Shown here: piece after piece, positions 7,841 to 16,357 of the stretch
Layout of the letters: each line of letters opens with the position of its first letter
Numbering within the stretch: the first letter of the stretch is position 1
Notes under the pieces: model-generated
Database searches by the model: none
What the model saw: only the letters and a program-made list of their open reading frames with translations
What the model was told of the DNA's origin: nothing
Source: Candidatus Hermodarchaeota archaeon
GTDB taxonomy: Archaea > Asgardarchaeota > Hermodarchaeia > Hermodarchaeales > Hermodarchaeaceae
Reading direction: 5' to 3'
DNA length: 19,722 bases
Assembly: GCA_016839365.1 (NCBI GenBank)
Contig: JAEOUH010000032.1
Span: forward strand, 1-19,722
Translations under genes and position numbers: made by a program

Positions 7841-8479
7841 TTATGCGCTCTTGACTCTGAATAGGATGATGAGCCCGTAGATGATCTTGGTGATCACATC
7901 GAGTGCAGCATACAGGATTACAGCAATAAAGGTGGTAATGAGGCCAAAACCCGTTGGGGCTAAGATGAACACCACTGGAAACAGTGACCAGAATATAATG
8001 ATGAACCACATCAGTTGAGAATTCATTCCTTCTCTTGAGATACCTCGGAACATGGTGATGAGCAAGGCTACATAAGCAATAGAACTGAAGACAAAGAACC
8101 ACCAACGCTCGATGCCGATGAAGAAGGCAGCCAGAAAGCCACAGAACATGACTACCATGGTAAGGATTGGAATCTTCACCAGCGCAACAGGTTGTGTTCG
8201 CCTAAGTACCATAGCAACTGACACGGTTAGGAAACTGCAACTAGCCATGTAGAAAAGCCAGCGACTCCAATAAACCGGTTCACCGTTACCAGCAGTAACC
8301 ACAGCGAAGCCAAGTGCCATAATGACGTACGAGATCGTTGTAATGAAGGCAACCATGATATCGACGAATGAGTAGAATTCATGGGCGCCAGAACGTAGGG
8401 ATAGAATGGTAAACATTACAGTTGCCAATCCAAAGATTGCAGCCATAATCCAGAAGACAAGTAATTCTTCTCCAGCCAT
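7841..8479 (-). CDS. Microbial rhodopsin, schizorhodopsin-like (7TM, retinal-binding Lys present)
   Basis: Seven hydrophobic helices in 212 aa; helix C YWSRWLFYMASC; helix F WSLFPVVFILAPTGFG; helix G LDVITK (D194, K198); AAGGAG RBS upstream. Confidence 0.92.
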   Translation of the reverse strand: MAGEELLVFWIMAAIFGLATVMFTILSLRSGAHEFYSFVDIMVAFITTISYVIMALGFAVVTAGNGEPVYWSRWLFYMASCSFLTVSVAMVLRRTQPVALVKIPILTMVVMFCGFLAAFFIGIERWWFFVFSSIAYVALLITMFRGISREGMNSQLMWFIIIFWSLFPVVFILAPTGFGLITTFIAVILYAALDVITKIIYGLIILFRVKSA

Positions 8480-8530
8480 TTTTTACATCTCCTTATGGAT
8501 AGGAAAGTGATAGGAATAAGAATGAACTAA

Positions 8531-8542
8531 ATATAAAATCTA
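8531..8542 (-). promoter_or_regulatory. Putative TATA box for the opsin gene
   Basis: TAGATTTTATAT on the minus strand, ~50 bp upstream of the ATG; a similar TAGCTTTTATAG lies at 10021-10032, upstream of the Fpg-like gene. Confidence 0.4.
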
Positions 8543-8582
8543 GTAACCCTTGCTATCGAACTATAGAGGAGACAATAGAATT

Positions 8583-9047
8583 CTATTGTTCCTGATATTT
8601 CGAGATTTCGTGTAAGATCGTATTACCTTTCTCTTCAGAAAAGACTCCTGTATCCCGCCACAGTATGTTTCCATCGCAATCGACCAAGAACAGGTAGATG
8701 GTATCTTCGGTGGGGATTTTAAGTGCCTGGTCGAATTCAGCCTTGTCGAGGTAGAGCGTAATGGTGCGACCACGCATCTCTTTAGATCGAATTCCACTGC
8801 GCATTCCCCCATCAATGATCCGCCTGGACAGGAAGTTAAACTCTCGCAGTGTTGGCAGCTCATAAAATTGCACCATCGGATGTTCAACAACCAGTGTTTG
8901 GAGAAATGGCACCCAAGTCTCAATGGGCTTGACTTGCCATTGTTGGAACGCCACCACTAAGAGATTCAATTTTCCTGATAAGGTGTCAGGAATAGTCTGA
9001 GGATTGCCATTCAGATCTTTACCGGTAACTTTGGGGAACTTCATCAT
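8583..9047 (-). CDS. Thioredoxin-like fold protein resembling the ATP10 family, cysteine motif absent
   Basis: FP.VTG.DLNG....P..L.GK..LLVVAF, IDGGMRSGI and YLFLVD.DG.I.W...G match a redoxin-like architecture; no CxxC. Confidence 0.6.
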   Translation of the reverse strand: MMKFPKVTGKDLNGNPQTIPDTLSGKLNLLVVAFQQWQVKPIETWVPFLQTLVVEHPMVQFYELPTLREFNFLSRRIIDGGMRSGIRSKEMRGRTITLYLDKAEFDQALKIPTEDTIYLFLVDCDGNILWRDTGVFSEEKGNTILHEISKYQEQ

Positions 9048-9116
9048 AATTAATGACTCCTAGATAAAAATCTATGAATTAACTGGGCTATTTTATATTA
9101 CGGATTTGTGATATAT

Positions 9117-9980
9117 CTACAAACCGCTTTTCCCACATTCAAGCTGACATGAAGAACAGAAGTAAATCGAGCCTCCCAAGTAGGCGGCTTTTTGGATTGT
9201 GCCTTCGCACTCTGGGCATAGTTGACCGACAGCTTTACTATGAAGGATCTGTTGATAGCCCCCAGGTTTGTTATACAAGTCATATTCGCTGTTTCGACCA
9301 CCACGTTCGACCATTTCATCCAGAGTACGCCGAATACTGTCATAGAGTGCTCGACGTTCCTCTTGTGAGAGATCGAGCATTTGACGTTTCGGATGAATCC
9401 GAGCCTGATAAAGGATATCCTGCAGACAGCCATTCCCTACACCATAAATAGCGGGTTCACTGATGATGAAGTATTTCGCGCTAGTCTTTTGGGTGCGCTT
9501 ATCTGGGGGCAGAGTATCAAAGAGCCTGTTAAAGTATTCAAAGGTAAAAGCGTCACTGAGGGGCGAGATGGCACCGAGTTTGATGTGCGGATGTTTGGCA
9601 AGGGCGGATTGTTCGACGAGTCGGACTTCCCCCCACCCAGACACAGTCACAGTCAAATAGGTGCCATCTTGGAAGTCAAGTTTCAGTTGATGCTTCTTAG
9701 GCACGGTCTTTTGGCTAGTATGATAGAGGATTCGTTCGCCGCCACACCCTAAACTCAAGATGAAGGCGGGTTCCAAATCCGTGAGAATAGCCATACCATG
9801 GGGTTGGGCTTTGCCGATGGTTTTCCCTCGGACAATTTGGGCGAATTCTGCATCAGAGTATTTCCCTTTGAACATGAACTTATGCGGTGACTGCCCACGT
9901 AATGCTTCGATGATTTCTTTCCCTCTCAATTCCTCAGTAATCTGTCGGGCAATAACCGTAGCTTGGGGTAATTCTATCAT
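9117..9980 (-). CDS. Fpg/Nei-family DNA glycosylase-like protein (H2TH plus zinc finger)
   Basis: N-terminal MIELPQA (cf. MPELPEV), GVGNG...DILYQARIHP, C-terminal CPEC...FCSSCQ. Start chosen at ATG 9980; the ORF track gives 9992. Confidence 0.85.
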   Translation of the reverse strand: MIELPQATVIARQITEELRGKEIIEALRGQSPHKFMFKGKYSDAEFAQIVRGKTIGKAQPHGMAILTDLEPAFILSLGCGGERILYHTSQKTVPKKHQLKLDFQDGTYLTVTVSGWGEVRLVEQSALAKHPHIKLGAISPLSDAFTFEYFNRLFDTLPPDKRTQKTSAKYFIISEPAIYGVGNGCLQDILYQARIHPKRQMLDLSQEERRALYDSIRRTLDEMVERGGRNSEYDLYNKPGGYQQILHSKAVGQLCPECEGTIQKAAYLGGSIYFCSSCQLECGKSGL

Positions 9981-10140
9981 ATCACAACACACAACTTAAT
10001 ACATCGATTTAGCAAATACACTATAAAAGCTAAAACCCCTGGGGGAATTACAATCGATTTCAACCTCTTTACGTGCACAGTCACTAACCAATGAGAGGCG
10101 AAGTCAGACGGGAGAGATGTCCTTTGAGAATGTATAGGGA

Positions 10141-10434
10141 TTAGGGTAAATCCTTGACGATTTTAGCCATCTGCTCTGTGGTATAGGCTTTGAGCGTTTT
10201 TGTCTGCACGTTTCCTGTTATGCTTAGTCCTAACAGGAATCGCATGACGACTTCATCATTTGGGGCATCAGCGATTCCGATGTAATCGTAATCACCTAGT
10301 GTAACATAGAATCCGAGGAGTTTTCCACCGAGTTTCTCTTGGTATCTGATTCCGGATTCAATCCGTTTCGGAGCATCTTGAATATTTTTTACTCCTTGTT
10401 CGGTTAAATTCATGAGAGTGATATAGATGGGCAT
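10141..10434 (-). CDS. GYD domain-containing protein
   Basis: MP.YI.L...T.QG, GGKL..FY.TLGDYD, GNV.T.TL.A. Confidence 0.88.
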   Translation of the reverse strand: MPIYITLMNLTEQGVKNIQDAPKRIESGIRYQEKLGGKLLGFYVTLGDYDYIGIADAPNDEVVMRFLLGLSITGNVQTKTLKAYTTEQMAKIVKDLP

Positions 10435-10483
10435 TGCCCTTTCATCTCAACAAGAGAATCAGGGCTAGATAGCCATTAAATTT

Positions 10484-11464
10484 TCAGCTTTTTGTGGCTG
10501 ACTTCCAATCCCTTATGATCTTTTCCAGCGGAGTTCCCAATACTTGGATATTGGTATAATCAGATTCGCCCACTCCTCTATCGGCGGCATGTTTTAGATA
10601 AATAGTTTTGACAATATCGATTTCAGCGAGTTTTGCGGCAATGCAATCAAGAGCTAGCGGATCCTCACTGGCAAAAATGGTGTTCAATTCGAAAGACGGT
10701 TCTCCTCGAATCGCAGACATATTTACATCATTACTGACAATGAAGGCATCAAGGATGTTGAGGGATGGCTTAATCACCATATGAATATCAATTAGACCAT
10801 GGGCAAGACCTCGGTGAATATGGAGTCGTTCCCCCCCAGGTGAAAACCATCGTTTAAACATGGGATGATAAAACTTGCCTTCTGGTGAATAAAATTCAGG
10901 TGACATTTCTATGGGAAATTCAGAGGGACGTGTATTCGAATATTTTCCTTTCCCAGGAATTGCCCCTAGGAGGTTTTTCACGGCCAAACTCACCCAGTCT
11001 CGGTCCTTAGTGAGTTGTTTGTACAATTTGAGTTTAGGCACGTTAATGAGGGCATCGCATTCTAGGATGATCTTGGGCACTCGTAGTTGTTGCACTGTCC
11101 GTCCGTCGGGGACATCAACCTTTTTGGATGGAACCTTGTGCAGATCTACTAGCTGCACACCATATTTTTTTGCCAACTCGGTGTATCCACCACTCCGATA
11201 AGCAAGATATGTATCATTCCCGCCTGACCCCTCAGCAATTACAATCTCCTTTGGTTTAACCCGTTGGCATAATTCGATTATTGCTTGAACAACAGGATAA
11301 TCAGTTACCCACCCAGAAAATGGAGGTGCGGCGAACACCAAGTTTGGTTTAATGACCACCTTATCCTTCGGAGAAACAAATCTTTCAATTCCACCAACAA
11401 GATTGATGGCTTCGTCTACAGCATTTCTTTCGCGTTTTCTTTGAACTATGGACACTTTAGTCAT
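10484..11464 (-). CDS. DUF362 domain-containing protein
   Basis: GGIERFV...DKVVIKPNL, IAEGS, INVPKLK, KNLLG, P.L.ILDA, AS.DP.ALD. Start at ATG 11464 after a GAAGGAG RBS; the ORF track gives 11548. Confidence 0.85.
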   Translation of the reverse strand: MTKVSIVQRKRERNAVDEAINLVGGIERFVSPKDKVVIKPNLVFAAPPFSGWVTDYPVVQAIIELCQRVKPKEIVIAEGSGGNDTYLAYRSGGYTELAKKYGVQLVDLHKVPSKKVDVPDGRTVQQLRVPKIILECDALINVPKLKLYKQLTKDRDWVSLAVKNLLGAIPGKGKYSNTRPSEFPIEMSPEFYSPEGKFYHPMFKRWFSPGGERLHIHRGLAHGLIDIHMVIKPSLNILDAFIVSNDVNMSAIRGEPSFELNTIFASEDPLALDCIAAKLAEIDIVKTIYLKHAADRGVGESDYTNIQVLGTPLEKIIRDWKSATKS

Positions 11465-11585
11465 CGATTTCTCCTTCACTATGTCACTTCCTAACTCTTT
11501 AATGGCTTTCCAACTCTGAATTGGAAAATGGTCCTCGCCCCTCCACATTAATCACAAAATCGAATGGTCATCATAATCCAAGAAT

Positions 11586-11629
11586 AAAAAAGAAGAGGGT
11601 TCTAGGATAGAGCCCAAGAACCTCTTCTT
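11586..11629 (-). terminator. Stem-loop plus T-run terminator
   Basis: AAGAAGAG(G)GTTCT...AGAACCTCTTCTT inverted repeat, with a T-run at its minus-strand 3' end, just downstream of the 11650 stop. Confidence 0.6.
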
Positions 11630-11649
11630 ACAAGCCCTTCGTTGTAATA

Positions 11650-12165
11650 CTAGTTGATTTGGATTGGACCAATAGCCGTACTTTCAGAGAGATCACCCCA
11701 GTTCCAAGTTATTTGCCCTTCCATATGTACTCGATGACCAACCAAGTACCAATAAGGTCCTGAGGCTTCTGTGACTTTTCCGTTCATCCTAAACGTCCAA
11801 TCTGAAGCAGTTGTCGTACCTCTGTCAACGCCCTTGATATAGAAGGCACCAATATAGATTGTCCACACCTCCTCGAAGAAGTGCACTTCCCATGTGCCAA
11901 GTGGATTATCGGGGTTATAACCGACATCATGAGCAGGTGTAGGTCCGACTGCGAAGAATTCCATATAACCAGGGGTCGCTCCATCAACGGGTCCCCACCA
12001 GATTGGAACTTCTGGATTAGATAACACTTCTGGATTGAATTTCATGTACATTGTAAAGACAAGTGGTCTTGCTTGGGTTCCAGGAATGAACACGAATATG
12101 ATTGTGAATGCTACTAAGGCAACGCCTAATTGTTTTGCAACCGTCGTGGTTTTCAGCTGATTCAC
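11650..12165 (-). CDS. Hypothetical secreted beta-rich protein
   Basis: Signal-peptide-like KTTTVAKQLGVALVAFTIIFVFIPGTQA followed by a Gly/Trp-rich domain. A GGGAGGTGA RBS at 12162-12170 suggests a start near 12165/12156 rather than 12258. Confidence 0.7.
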   Translation of the reverse strand: MNQLKTTTVAKQLGVALVAFTIIFVFIPGTQARPLVFTMYMKFNPEVLSNPEVPIWWGPVDGATPGYMEFFAVGPTPAHDVGYNPDNPLGTWEVHFFEEVWTIYIGAFYIKGVDRGTTTASDWTFRMNGKVTEASGPYWYLVGHRVHMEGQITWNWGDLSESTAIGPIQIN

Positions 12166-12496
12166 CTCCCATTGGATGACTAGAAACCAATTTGTGAAGA
12201 ACTGTGGTCTACAGTCCTGCAACACACCCTTTTGCTGCACACAACGAGTGTGCTGCACAGTTGTCTAATTCACTGGTCGCATAAGTAATGACGGGACTGT
12301 GCTAAACGAGAAACTAGCAATTAACGGGAGTAAGGAGCTAATATGTGAGATACAAGTTGCGGAAAGTGACACTAAAATGGGAACTTTTTAATAAAACGCG
12401 ATGCTTAGCTGCAATTGTTGTAGGGAAAGAGGTTGGTCAACACATAAATGAACTCGATTGACCGATAATTCAATTCCTGCATGAAAAAAATTTCTG

Positions 12497-13534
12497 GTGA
12501 ATTGCTTGGACCCACTGGATTATGCACTGATTTGTGAATTACAAGTGGATGGTCGGATATCCTATCAAGCCTTAGCCAGGAAATTTGATCTTGCACCTAA
12601 CACCATTAAGAACCGAATTAAACGACTTCACGAGCAAAAGGTGCTGGGAGGATGTGTCGTGGTTGTCAGCATGGCAATGCTGGGTGCTGAACACGTGGCA
12701 GGTTATGTTTTCACTGATGGGTCCGAAAAAGTGATCGAGTTCATGGAGCAAATCGCAACCCACCCAGGGATAGCCGAAATCTACCGCACCGGTGATATGC
12801 GATATGAGTATTGGGCCATGTTATCGGGCGCCAGCGAAACCTTGGGATTTGAACGGTTTCTTCAATCTCTTGACAGCGTGACAGAAGCTGAGTTACGACC
12901 TATTGAGTTTGTGTTCCCTAATCAACCGCTTAACTATTTTATGATTTCAAGAGGGAAGAAGGTCACCTTTTCTACAAGCCAGCTAAATGTACTCCGTTGT
13001 CTCTTCGATGATGCGCGAATGCCAGTCTCACAAATTGCTCAACGAACTGGTTTTACTGCAAGGCGAGTGAGGAAAATTCTGCGTGAGCTTATGGATGGGG
13101 AAGGAATCTTCATATTTGTGGCACAAAACATCTTTGCATTAGGAGATATGGAGTATAGGTTGAAAATTCATTATGACGAGTCTAAGGCTAAAGGGTCGGA
13201 TATCATTAAAGGAGTATATAATAAGTATCCCGATACCTTCTGGTGGGCAAGTATCACTACTAACGAGCCGCTAGTTGATATCGGATTAATTATCGACCGT
13301 CCTGGGACCGCAGTTCCCATTATTAATGAGGTGAAAGACGCCCCCTATACTCGATCCGTTGAAGATTATGTCTCCTATCCTCGCGTCGTTCATGGCAACT
13401 TTCCCTGCCGACTTTATTTAGCTGAGTTATTAATCGAAGCGGACCTCTTAGATCCAGACCAGTTATTTTGGGGAATCCATGGAGCCAAAAAGATTAGTTA
13501 CTACCTGGAAAAAAAGAAGGTACACCAAATCTAA
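12497..13534 (+). CDS. Lrp/AsnC-family transcriptional regulator with two tandem wHTH modules
   Basis: LDPLD..LI.EL..DGRISY..LA........IKNRIKRL and a second L..DARMPVSQIA..TG.TARRVRKILREL. Start may be TTG 12506. Confidence 0.85.
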   Translation: MNCLDPLDYALICELQVDGRISYQALARKFDLAPNTIKNRIKRLHEQKVLGGCVVVVSMAMLGAEHVAGYVFTDGSEKVIEFMEQIATHPGIAEIYRTGDMRYEYWAMLSGASETLGFERFLQSLDSVTEAELRPIEFVFPNQPLNYFMISRGKKVTFSTSQLNVLRCLFDDARMPVSQIAQRTGFTARRVRKILRELMDGEGIFIFVAQNIFALGDMEYRLKIHYDESKAKGSDIIKGVYNKYPDTFWWASITTNEPLVDIGLIIDRPGTAVPIINEVKDAPYTRSVEDYVSYPRVVHGNFPCRLYLAELLIEADLLDPDQLFWGIHGAKKISYYLEKKKVHQI

Positions 13535-13615
13535 TACTTTAATCAGAATATGCGCAGATGTTTCTTTCCTTAACACGCGTAATGTTTATAGCCAATCCTT
13601 TTTTGTCTATCCGTC

Positions 13616-14041
13616 ATGAAAGCTGTTGTAGTTTACGATACGAAATTTGGAAATACAGAGCAGGTCGCAAAGGGTATTGCGAAGGTGTTGAATGCTGACA
13701 GCATCAGGGTTTCTGATCTCGAAGCTTCAAAACTCAAGACATATGACCGATTTGCGTTTGGATGTCCCGTTCATGCCTGGAATATGTCATCGGGAATGAA
13801 AATGGCGCTACAGAAACTCGAAGGCGAATCCTTTGCAGGAAAGAAAGCAGCAACGTTTGACACAAGAATTGATTCGAGATTTGCTGGTGATGCTGCAACA
13901 AAGATCCAGAAGAAGCTAAAGAAACTTGGATTTGAATTGGCAATGAAACCTGTTCACTTCATCGTGGCGGGTCGGGAAGGTCCCCTTGTTGAGGGAGAGA
14001 TAAACAAAGTCCAAGCTTTTACAGCCTTGAAATCAACCTGA
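13616..14041 (+). CDS. Flavodoxin family protein
   Basis: VVYDTKFGNTEQVA FMN phosphate loop, FGCP, GKKAATFDT, EGPL.EGE. Confidence 0.88.
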   Translation: MKAVVVYDTKFGNTEQVAKGIAKVLNADSIRVSDLEASKLKTYDRFAFGCPVHAWNMSSGMKMALQKLEGESFAGKKAATFDTRIDSRFAGDAATKIQKKLKKLGFELAMKPVHFIVAGREGPLVEGEINKVQAFTALKST

Positions 14042-14050
14042 ATTAATAAG

Positions 14051-14500
14051 GTGGAAATTTTGTCATCGAAGCCTTCAGATCTCGCCAAAGCACTCTTTGA
14101 AGAACAAAAGTATACTTGTTCACAAGCTATCTTCGCGGCATACGGGGAATATCTCAGCAAAGGAAAACTGGACCAGGAGATATGTATGAAAATCGCTTCA
14201 CCCTTCAGCGGTGGCGTGGCAGGACTGGGAAATATCTGTGGCGGGTTAAACGGGGCACTCATGGCTATCGGTTTGAAGTATGGCGGAACCAGCCGCGAGG
14301 CCTATGATAAAGTCAATGCAGTATCCAGAAAGCTCTTGGATGAATTCACAACACTCCACGGGTCCATCATGTGTCGTGTGCTAATCAACCACGATTTACA
14401 CACGGATGAGGATATCGACCACGCGTTTAAGACAGGCGCCTTCGATAACTGCTCAAAATTCGTTGAAGACATCACAGTGATTCTGGATAAATTGCTCTAG
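14051..14500 (+). CDS. C_GCAxxG_C_C family putative redox-active protein
   Basis: YTCSQAI, F.GG.....ICGGLNGA, GSIMC and a final C.KFVE. Confidence 0.85.
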   Translation: MEILSSKPSDLAKALFEEQKYTCSQAIFAAYGEYLSKGKLDQEICMKIASPFSGGVAGLGNICGGLNGALMAIGLKYGGTSREAYDKVNAVSRKLLDEFTTLHGSIMCRVLINHDLHTDEDIDHAFKTGAFDNCSKFVEDITVILDKLL

Positions 14501-14633
14501 CCTCGCTCATCGTTGTCTCGTGTCCAAATATTGGAGCAGGCAAGAAAGCCTTATGGTGTTTTCTTTACTCCATAATGCTTTTACCGCGAATCAATCTTTT
14601 GCACAATCAGAGTTACTGATAGGGGTATAAGCT

Positions 14634-15782
14634 TTGAATGTCTTAGTTCTGGGATCCGGTCAAATGGGGCGTGGTGCTGCTTTTGATCTAGTAAAGAATG
14701 ATAAAGTCGAACAGGTGATCGTTGCTGATATTGATGAAGGCCCGGCAAACAGATTAGCAAAGGAAATGGGTCCAAAAGTAATTGCAAAGAAAGTGGATGC
14801 AAGAAATCGAAGGCAACTGGAATCTGTTTTCTCAGAGGTTGATTCAGTGGTAAGCTGTGTCAGCTACACGCTGAACCTCTTACACACAGAGGTAGCGATA
14901 GAGACAGGAACTCATATGTGCGATTTGGGTGGAAACATACACGTTGTAAGGGAGCAGCTTGCACTGCATGAGAGAGCCAAAGATGCAGGAATCACCATCG
15001 TACCTGATTGTGGACTTGCCCCAGGTATGACCAATGTTCTAGCAAGAGCAGGCATTGAATCCTTGGATAAGGTTGAATCTGTTCGCATCCGAGTAGGCGG
15101 GTTACAGCAAGAACGGCGGCTGCCCCTAGATTATGCTTTGATCTTTGCTGTTGAAGGTTTGATAAATGAGTACTCAGAACCTTGTATAACATTAAGGGAT
15201 GGGAAAATCACCTATGAAGACCCATTAATTGCTATTGAACAAATCTCTTTTCCTGCACCCTTTGATGAGCTTGAAGCGTTCAACACAAGTGGCGGTAGTT
15301 CAACACTTCCCCTCACATATCAAGGCAAGGTTAAAAATTTAGACTACAAGACAATTCGATATCCTGGACATGGTGACACAATGTGGCGTCTGAAGCAATT
15401 GGGGTTGATGGATAACAGGGAACATGATTTCAATGGAATCCGAATTGCACCTCGTACCGTCTTTGAGCGTTTGTTGGAAAGAAATTTACCAGAATCTGGA
15501 AAAGACGTAACTTTGGTTCGTGTGCAAATTACAGGTTGGAAGGGAACGGAATCCCGAAATGTGGGGTATGAAATCGTTGATTATTTTGATGATACTACAG
15601 GACTTTCTTCGATGATGCGTACAACAGCATGGCCACAGACTGTTACCGCAGTAATGATGGCGGATGGTACAATCACCGAAAGGGGTGTACTACCACCGGA
15701 AAGGTCAATCCCGCCACAACCATTCATTGATGCCCTTTGTGATCGTGGAATCGATATTGTTTATCGAAACAACTATAATTAA
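14634..15782 (+). CDS. Saccharopine dehydrogenase family protein
   Basis: LGSGQMG Rossmann motif, DLGG, DCGLAPG, GL.NEY..P, EAFNTSGG, YKTIRYPGH, M.RTT; TTG start. Confidence 0.88.
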   Translation: MNVLVLGSGQMGRGAAFDLVKNDKVEQVIVADIDEGPANRLAKEMGPKVIAKKVDARNRRQLESVFSEVDSVVSCVSYTLNLLHTEVAIETGTHMCDLGGNIHVVREQLALHERAKDAGITIVPDCGLAPGMTNVLARAGIESLDKVESVRIRVGGLQQERRLPLDYALIFAVEGLINEYSEPCITLRDGKITYEDPLIAIEQISFPAPFDELEAFNTSGGSSTLPLTYQGKVKNLDYKTIRYPGHGDTMWRLKQLGLMDNREHDFNGIRIAPRTVFERLLERNLPESGKDVTLVRVQITGWKGTESRNVGYEIVDYFDDTTGLSSMMRTTAWPQTVTAVMMADGTITERGVLPPERSIPPQPFIDALCDRGIDIVYRNNYN

Positions 15783-15883
15783 AGGCTAATACTTACTTTC
15801 TTTAGAAACACAAATCACCTAAATGCCAAGCATAAGCCAAAATAAACATTAAGCCATAAAAACTAGAAGAAGAGATAGGGCGA

Positions 15884-16357
15884 ATGGTGAACGAAATGGT
15901 AAAGGTTATTGTTGTTTATGACACAAAGTATGGCAACACAAAACGTGTAGCGGAAAAGATTATGGAGGGACTAGGTGAAGTTCAGGGAATCGAGACTATC
16001 ATCAGTGATGTCAAGGAAACCGATCCTAAAAAGGCAGTGGATTATGATGCAATTTTGATAGGGTCACCAACGCATTTTGGGGGACCCGTTAGGGGTATTA
16101 ATAAGTTCATTGATAAACTTGGCAAACTAGATTTGAAGGCGAAATGGGTTGCGGTGTTCGACACTTACCTAGGAGAAGACTTCGAAAAGTCTGTAAAGAA
16201 AATGGAGAAGAGAATAAGCGAAAAAGTTCCTAAATTAAAGCGAATAACTTCTGGCCTGTCAATAAGGGTTGACGGAATGAAGGGACCAGTCACAGAGGGA
16301 GAGTTTCCCAAATGCAAAGATTTTGGCAAAAGAATCGCAACTCAACTTAAGACTTGA
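15884..16357 (+). CDS. Flavodoxin family protein
   Basis: VVYDTKYGNTKRVAE, IGSPTHFG, AVFDT. Start may be 15896. Confidence 0.88.
   Translation: MVNEMVKVIVVYDTKYGNTKRVAEKIMEGLGEVQGIETIISDVKETDPKKAVDYDAILIGSPTHFGGPVRGINKFIDKLGKLDLKAKWVAVFDTYLGEDFEKSVKKMEKRISEKVPKLKRITSGLSIRVDGMKGPVTEGEFPKCKDFGKRIATQLKT

Noticed and set aside
7841-8479. Opsin as a carotenoid-antenna (fenestrated) rhodopsin, given the nearby crt genes
   Set aside because: By manual alignment to bacteriorhodopsin helix E (W138, equivalent to the xanthorhodopsin fenestration Gly), this protein has bulky F129, so the known antenna window appears closed.
7841-8479. Bacteriorhodopsin-type outward pump or heliorhodopsin
   Set aside because: There is no Asp/Glu at the D85-equivalent position (it is Phe); heliorhodopsins have RWxEY there.
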